From assembly GCF_009914755.1 (NCBI RefSeq), contig NC_060938.1: DNA of 64,000 nucleotides. One strand, written 5' to 3'. Positions 52,238-64,000 of the stretch are shown piece after piece. Position numbers and translations under genes: made by a program. The DNA comes from the human T2T-CHM13v2.0 reference genome, Homo sapiens. The notes beneath the pieces are model-generated. The model was not told the DNA's origin. It was given only the letters and a program-made list of their open reading frames with translations, and searched no databases. How positions within the stretch are numbered: the first letter of the stretch is position 1; each line of letters opens with the position of its first letter.

Positions 52238-54609
52238 ATTTTCTATACTTTCTACTCTTAAGACTGAACTCCTTCTACCAGATTATTTTACAAAGCCAAA
52301 TGGCTCACTCCTGGAGAGTTGTTTGATTTGGTTCAGAATCCAAGTCTGTTTTCTTTTGAAATGTCAATACAGGCCAACCAGGTTTTGAACACGTGCAAAG
52401 ATTATTGAAAACAGATTAATTTTTCCTAAGAAAGGATCTAGCCTTGTACGAAGGAACTACTATTTTAAATGACTAAAAGAAGAATTGCATTGTTTAGCTT
52501 GCAAATACTATATTTAAAAGTTACTAAAGATATAAATTTGAATCATTGCCAGGTCAAGTGAAGTTCAAATCTGCAAAGTGAATAGCTTCTAAGAGGTTTA
52601 TACAGAGCTTGGTAGTTCCCTGTTACATATTTATGTTGCATTTTTATTAAAGAAAAGTGTTGGTAAAATTAGCATGCTTCCATGTTAATTTTATCATGTC
52701 TTTATAAATTCTCTCAAAACCAGATGCTTGGAAATGGTAATAAAAACTACTTTGAATGGAGTTTATGGACTTTTCTTTTTAGCAGTTTGTCCAGGATTAA
52801 GCAATTTTTGTGAAATAATCTCAATAATTAATTCTTTCAGCAAAATCATGCAACAAATATTTGCACAGTGACTAAATGCTAGTCACTGTTCTGTGCTCCC
52901 TGTTCACAGGGGTAAACAAAGGGCAAAGTCTGTGCTCTTTTGGAGATATGGTCTGATTGAGGGGAGAGGTGATTAACAATTGTGTAATATGTATGGACTA
53001 TGAGGAAAAGTGTTAGCAAAGCAAACAGGGATGGAGTTTTATTCACATTTGCATCACCAGCATCTGGGGCTTGGAAAGGGTCTTAAGGGATGAATGGATT
53101 AATGACTCAATATAAACTGTACCTGCAGAATCTCTGATCAGACAGAACATTTGCTCCAAAGCCATTGAATGGGCTGGGATGGAGCATGCATGGTTTTAGC
53201 TTCATCTCCCACAACTGTGGCTTTGTTCTGTGTTGGTGGCAGGTGGTTTCCAAAAGGAAAAGCTTTGGGAGATAGAAGTCCTCGTTTTGACCTCTGCCCT
53301 CCTTGTACACCAGGAGCCAGAAAAACTTCATCTCTTTTACAAGAAACATTGAGATTCCTGTAAAATTAAGAAATCACACAATTTGATGGTCTACATTATC
53401 TAAAGCAAATGAGACTTCTATTTGGAACAAAGACTACCTTGTTGGGAAATGAGTCTGCAAGTTAAAGTGTTTTCTGGTAAGTTTCTTTGGTCCTTAGCTT
53501 CCTTAAAGGGGAAGTAATCATTGCCCATGGGCCCCTTTTAATTTCCCCAAGTTAGTTTATCTATTGAGTCATTTATGATAGTTTCGAATTGCCTCATAGA
53601 ACAAAGTCAGCACTTCTTGTTTACGCATACTGTGCCACACTGGCAGAGTTATCTGGGTCTTCTCTCTCTCAACATTTCCAGAAAGATGGTATCTGTATCA
53701 TCTAGACTGTGTTTGCCCTGAGGAGAAACTAAGACAGACATGCCCAAAGGCTGAACTCAATATCTTTGTAGAAATTATTAAAAGCAATATCACCTTTAGC
53801 CTTGTCAAGAACCTCTAACAAGACCTTTTCAGACCAAAGTGCCCTCAATATCAGAGCATGTAGTCACCCACCCCAGGTTGACCCCGGAAGTATGAGAGAG
53901 CTAAGGTGGGAGCCAGAGGCTGAGAGAAGAAAGGGGGTGACCTAGTTCATGCCAAATGAATCTCACAAGCAAGACTAGATTGTAAAATCAGCAAAGTCGC
54001 TCACAGCTGCATTATGTCCTCCCTGAGCTCTGGGCACTTTTGCCTTTGTGACCTCCTTCCTCCAACAATTAACATTAAAAATTGTATTTTATTATAAAGA
54101 CAAACATAATCATGACTGAATTTATTATTACAGATATGTTATGATTAGAGTAATTTTTATTCTAACTTTAAAAGAAATGAAAATTAAACATTTTTGTGGA
54201 CCCCAGGCACTGTACCTTCTGTGGCTTATGGAAAAGTGTGCCTTAAAGTTGGTGCCTTAGCATCTTTGCCTCCTCTTATTTTTCCTGTGTGTGTCAACTG
54301 TCACTTTGCCCTTCTTTGGGACACCACTTTTTACAAACGAATGTCTCAGGTATCTAATACATTTGTGTTTCCACTGCCTCTCCTGCCCGCTGACCTGACT
54401 GAAATATTTTGGCCAGCAACAGAGTTAGGAGGGGTGTGATTCCCAATGCACTTCCCATTTCTACTTCCTCATTGCCCACTTGGCGCTAGCTTTTGCTGCC
54501 ACTTCTCCACTGAAACTGCCCCTGTAAGGTCATCAGAGTCCACTAGATTGCCAAACTCATGGATGATGGGCAATCTCTAACTTTAGACCTTCCTGTTGCA
54601 TTTGACACT

Positions 54610-55290
54610 ATTCTTCATTTAACTACTTTTTGCTGAGTACCCACAATGCTTCAGGCTGTGTGCCAATTTGGGAGGCATAATTATCAAGTAATCAGACAAG
54701 ATTCTGGCCCTCATAAGGCTTTTTGGCTAGTAGGAGACACAGATAAATAAACAGCAAGTACAATACTTTGGGGATACTATAGAATCACCTAATTGGAACT
54801 TGAGAAATCAAGAAATGCCTCCTGGAGATTACACTTAACCTAAGACCTGAAATATGAATAGAAGCTAGCCTGGTAAGGGGAGGAAGAGTGTCCTAGGTGG
54901 AAAAAGCAACATACACAGAGCCCTAGTGATAAAAGGAATAGCTGCACACTCTGGTAATAGAAAGTAATTCCACATGGCTAAGGCCTAGATATATATGCAT
55001 GAGAGGGGAGTTTGTGCTGGGTAGTGTCATGAGCATATTGACATTATATGAAGATGGCTCTAGTGTCAGTGTAGAGAATGAATTGGGTTGGAGGTGACAC
55101 TGGGGTCAGTGAGAGCCACCAGAGAGCTGCCGAAGGGATGTGGTGGCTGGAATGTGGACAGGACATGGTAGGGTTCTGAACCAGGGAAGCAGCAGAGGAG
55201 AAGGAGAGAAGTGAACAGATTGAAAAGATCTGTCTTAGTAATAAATTGGATTTGGGGGTGCAGGGGAAATAGGAATCAAGGACAGCATCT
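54610..55290 (-). mobile_element. L2 fragment
   Basis: 'agacaagattctggccctcataaggctt...ctagtaggagacacagataaataaac' antisense L2 3' motif. Confidence 0.55.
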
Positions 55291-56869
55291 GTATCTGGGC
55301 TGTTAGTGGCAAAAAAAAAAAAAAAAAGAATCCCTTTGCTGATTAGTCAGAAAGGAGTTTGAGGATATTAAGAGGCAACTCAATCTTTGGGAAGGGCAGA
55401 AAAAAAAAACACCCAGTTAGGAAAGCTCACATCCAGGACCACCGTAGCCAAGAGCAAGCCCGGCTGAACACCACGCCACTGAGCAGAATTATTCTTCTTG
55501 TTCTTTGGCTCCCATAATACTAGGAACTGGACACCAAGAGCTTTCCCGCAGCTATCCCAGAAGAGCCTAATTCCTCTACATTTGCCATTGTCACAAGAGG
55601 CTACTTCCCCTCACCCAACAGCAGGTCCTGTTGCTCACTTCTGCCTCCTATATTTGTGCAGGTGCAAGTGCTTGACCAAACCTGGGTCCCATGTTGAACC
55701 AAGTGGTAAAGAAGCTTGGAAAACGTGGTTCCTAGCTTTCCAGGGAGGCAACTACAGAGGAGTTGAGATGGATGCTGAATTCTTTATTGTATCAGCCATG
55801 ATTGGTGGCTCTAGGGCCAGGCACATATTTTCTGGGGTTCTTCCCTGAGTCACTTCAATCATATACCATCTGGGCCATCTAAACTTGAAGCTCCCTCTGC
55901 TTCTGGCCCTATGTTAATTTTTGAATTGTCACCAAGTAGTGTTTTTGAACAGAAATTCAACATATTCAGACTCACTGAGTAATCCATGTTCACAAGGCTC
56001 TCAACCTCACCAGCATATGAAACTTCCACAGTTAACCTGCCCTGCATACTTTTCTATTTATTATTAAAAGTTGCACACATGCACAAAGCAGAGAGAATGG
56101 TGTGATGACCCCCTGTGCACAGCAACCAGCTTTGACAATGATTTGCATTTTGCCATGCTTGGTGTCCAGCATTCTTTCTTCTGCCTAGATCCAGACTCCT
56201 TCCATGCTGGGCTTTGTTCAATCCCAGTTCTCTGTTCTGTCAACTTCATCCTCCAACTCAGAAATCCTCTCAAGCTGATGATACCATGTGTACACAAAGT
56301 CCTCCTACCCCAGCTTTTTCCCAAGCAGCTGAAATACATTCTACTTTGACTGTGGCTCCCATCCTACCAAACTCATCTTTCTCATTTATTAAGTAAAGTG
56401 GTATTGTTGGACCAGATGATCCTTTTCCACAACAAAATTCTAGGATGGAGTGTGAATTTTCACTTTTTGGCTTTAGACTCAATAACAATCTTGAATGATT
56501 TTAATTGGATTCTTGAGAGCCAGGACTCATTCTTTTACAATTAATACTCCTCCCCATCCCCGTCTTCTGGGAGCCTCTACCAACCGCATCAAGCAGCTCC
56601 CCCCAACTTGGCCAGGCACCCTCTGTCCACCTCTTCCACAATATTTAGTACTCTCATTTGCATTCATATTTGTTTCCCAACAAAGGCACCTGTGCAATTG
56701 TTTCCTACTACCCTGCATGCTGCTTAAGTCTGATGAAGACATTCTTCTTTGGAGTCTGACATTAGGTAATAAGGACACATAAGGTGATTTGAGTCCCTAA
56801 CTGGACTCAAAAATGAGATGGCTTTTGTTTGGGGAAATGCTTTCACTTCACACCAACCAACCTACTTAC

Positions 56870-57345
56870 AACAAATGATATATAGCAGTAAGCACGTGAG
56901 CCAGAATCCACTAATCCTATCATACACCACACCACTTAGAGCAATGGGACAGCTCTTTAAATGTACAGCTGAAGCACTGGATTGGAGATAATACCCTGCC
57001 AAGTGGGTGCCATCCTCCAAGATGCGGTATTCTCCCTAAATCAGTGACCATTAAATGGCACCATGTCCTCAGTAGCTAGAACACACAGGTTTGCATACCA
57101 ACAAAGAGAAGCAGGAATGCCCTTGCCTTACCATAACATCTGGGGAGATTTGTGCTCTTGGCCTTGGTTGCCCAGGGCAGTACTTAGTCATTATCTTATT
57201 CCTTCTTGGCTTCCTCCCTCCTCTGTGTCACTTCCTAGTACCTCGCCGTACTCTCCTGACATTCCCTCCAAAATAAGCTACTTGCACCTGAATGTATGTC
57301 TCAGAATGTGTTTTGGGGAGATCCATGCTGAGGTGTGGGGTTAAT
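56870..57345 (+). mobile_element. ERVL (HERV16/LTR16-like) integrase-end and LTR fragment
   Basis: 'gccatcctccaagatgcggtattctccctaaatcagtgacc' resembles the ERVL integrase ILQDAVYxLNQRP region; 'aataagctacttgcacctgaat...ctcagaatgtgttttggggaga' resembles the LTR16 end. Confidence 0.55.
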
Positions 57346-57719
57346 GCTAATATTCATCTCACAGATTTGTTAGGAGGAACAAATGGAGAATGTACCAAGC
57401 ACCACGTCTGGCTTTGAGTAAGTGCTTGGTAAATGACAGTTATCATTGTTGGTGACATCATTATCATTATCCTCTCGCAAAGAGAGCTGAGGCTGGGCTT
57501 ATTCAAAGTTCTAAGAGAGGCAACATTAACACACCGGCTTACTCTTTCCACAACTTCCCTCCAATAAGTAAATTATTGATTATATTAGTAGCTGTCTTTT
57601 GTCTACTCTGCTAGGTACTGGGCTAATTGCTTTGTATGAATTATTGCAGTACAATGTTGTCTCAATGGCCTTACCAGATTACAATAATCAGGAGTATAAT
57701 TGTAATCCTCATAATAATA

Positions 57720-57940
57720 GACAACATGTGTTGAGATTTTTCTATAAACTGGAAGAATCTTCTGAGTGTTTCACGTGTGTGTAGTACTGTAGTATCTCTC
57801 TATTTTACATGTGTAGCAATAGGCTCAGAGAGGAGAAATGGTTTGCCCTTGGCCACACAACCTGGACAAGGAGGAATCTGGATCGGAACCCAGACCTAAC
57901 TGATTCCAGAGAGCTTGCTCTTTTTAGAAGACCACAGTCT
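57720..57940 (-). mobile_element. MIR
   Basis: 'ctattttacatgtgtagcaataggctcagagaggagaaatggtttgcccttggccacaca'. Confidence 0.65.
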
Positions 57941-58609
57941 TATAATCACTTCTTGTATTTCTCTAGATGTGACTGTATATTCGTGTGATTTAAACTTTTC
58001 AGGGTAATGAAACATTGTCCTTCACAGGAGCTAAAAAGAAAACTACAACTCAACATAGACAAGCAAAGTTCACAGGAAATCTGACCCTGTGACAATAATT
58101 TTAAGGAACAAGAAGGCATGAGTCACAATCCAAAATAGCAAGAATAAAGCATAGGATTCTGCTTATGCCAAAATATTCCTCTGTGATTTAAACAGAGGCA
58201 GGGACTTTGTTTCAACCATAGTGGATATGGGAGAGAGAACGTCTACTGTAAGTTGGGATGTCTACAGAAGAAATGGATATCCAAGACACAAATAACTATT
58301 TTTAAACAAGTACATAAAAGACAGGGATGTGTCTATTAAATAAATTCTTATCATTTTCTACCCTTAGAAAAGTTTTACTTAATCAATAATTTATGCTAAT
58401 GTGGAATTATTCTTAGAAAATTAAAATTCAACCTTATGAAATAATCCACTGAAATCTTCCAAGTTAAGATTACACGTAATACAAAAACATTCTTACTAAC
58501 TACAATTACAGAAGGAAAATGGAGTCATTTTACCAGCTCTTCGAGCTATAAAAAGTACATTTGATAGATTCTCCCTGCCCTGTATTATTTTCAATCATCA
58601 CAATGGCTA

Positions 58610-58800
58610 CTATTTTTCAGAGGCTTGTCATTTGCTGAGAACTGAGTTAAGACCTTTACATTATTTCATTTAATTCCTATAATAACCCTAAGAGGAATAT
58701 ACTATCATTATTTTCATTTTACACAAAAGGGAACTACGGATTAGAGAGGTTAAAATCTTGCACAACATCACTCAACTAGTATGTGGAGGAATCAAGACTC
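58610..58800 (-). mobile_element. MIR
   Basis: 'tcatttaattcctataataaccctaagagg...cattttacac...ttagagaggttaaaatcttgcac'. Confidence 0.65.
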
Positions 58801-59436
58801 AAAATATGATTAACCAATGTTATTGACTGAAAGGATTATTCCCTCATTGTTCTTTCTACGTAGACCCAAACATCTAAGTTCCACAATGGCTGGAATCAGG
58901 GTAGACAAAAGTACAATGACAAAAGACACTGTATTACTGAGTTCTGGAAATAAAGATTCAAGGCCCTTCTAAAAGTGACATCTTAATAAACTGCTCCAAG
59001 AATTGGCTTTTCTTGGGGACATGCAAAGAGCTCACTTTTTGGCACTGTGATTTACAGATAAGTAGCCTCATTGTCAGGCTGTGGCAGTCATCACAATGAG
59101 TCAAAAACACAGGCTCAAAAATGTATACCTCTCCAAAAACAGAGTCAGAATTCACACTCACGGTACAAAATTATAAACATCCTGCACCACCCAGTGACCC
59201 TGAGCCAACTTGGTGATCAAAGGTGATTCTGAATTTAGTAGGAACCAAGAAGTAAACTCTATTAAATACTATAATTTCCTTAGTCCATCTGTTACATGCA
59301 AATACTAATAGTTTCCAGGTTGATTGTTGAAAACCAAAATGAAAATTTGAAGAAGTAGAGGCAAGGGACATATAATGAATGTGTCTTCATCATAAAGATC
59401 TTCAATTCAGCCTGATCTATGACAATGATCATAGAT

Positions 59437-60105
59437 CATTATATTGAGATATAATTCACATACCATAAATTCACCCATTTAAAGAGTACAATTCAATGGT
59501 TGTTAGCATATTCTCAGAGCTGCACATCCATTACCACAATCAATTGTTGAAATTTTCACCACTCCAAAAAGAAACCCCATACCCTTTAGCAGTCACCTCC
59601 CATTCTCCACATGCCTTCAGCCCTAGGCAAGCCCTAGGCAGTCTGCATTCCATCTATATAGATTTGCCTATTCTGGATATTTTATATAAATGGAATCATA
59701 TATGTAGTATTTTGTGGCAGGCTTCTTTTACTTAGCACAGTGTTTTCAAAGTTCACCTATGTGTTGCAGCAGGTATCACTATTTCATTTATTTTTATAGC
59801 TGAATAACATTCTATTGTATGGATATGCCAGATTTTGTTTGTCCACTCATAGGTGATGAACATTTCAGTTGTTTCCACCTTTTGGCTATTAGGAATAATG
59901 CTGTAATAAACTTTTTGTGTACAAGGTTTTGTGTAATATGTGTTTTCAATTCTCATCAGTATATACCTAGGAGCGGAATTACTGGGTCATAAGGTAATTC
60001 TATCTTTACCTGTTTGAGGAGCCACCAAATTGTTTCACATTTCTGCCAGCAACATATTAAGGGTTCTTATTTTCACATCCTCATCAACATTTGTTATTAT
60101 CTATC
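59437..60105 (-). mobile_element. L1MB-type 3' end
   Basis: 'attgagatataattcacataccataaattcacccatttaaagagtacaattcaatgg'. Confidence 0.88.
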
Positions 60106-60109
60106 TTTT

Positions 60110-64000
<3,891 letters not shown>

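Noticed and set aside
54470-54500. CTCF-like 'GGCGCTAG' motif
   Set aside because: The 5' half of the core mismatches at several key positions

Overview
Human (primate) genomic DNA, recognisable as the GALC-GPR65 locus at 14q31.3. The left end holds the GALC CpG-island promoter, exon 1 (minus strand, signal-peptide coding) and an upstream alternative first exon. About 12 kb away, on the plus strand, is the two-exon proton-sensing GPCR gene GPR65/TDAG8: non-coding exon 1 ends at 13850, CDS 19476-20489, and a long 3'UTR reaches about 23440. The remainder is mostly interspersed repeats: Alu, L1, L2, MIR, MaLR and ERV1 solo LTRs, an HML-2 LTR5B-like solo LTR with a perfect TSD, a decayed ERVL-type provirus with nested insertions, and a U6 pseudogene. 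From memory the lncRNA LINC01146 lies over the right half, but I cannot define its exons. There is no CRISPR array or prokaryotic-type system, and nearly all ORF-track entries are chance or repeat-derived. The best leads are: (1) a 107-codon upstream ORF that exists only after splicing of the GPR65 leader; (2) an overlapping uORF plus an AUG-UGA start-stop inside a CLEAR/M-box in the GALC leader; (3) a cluster of local templated duplications with a fold-back palindrome at 28-30.8 kb; (4) inverted Alus confined to the long GPR65 3'UTR. Repeat subfamily names come from recognition by eye and need RepeatMasker/Dfam confirmation.
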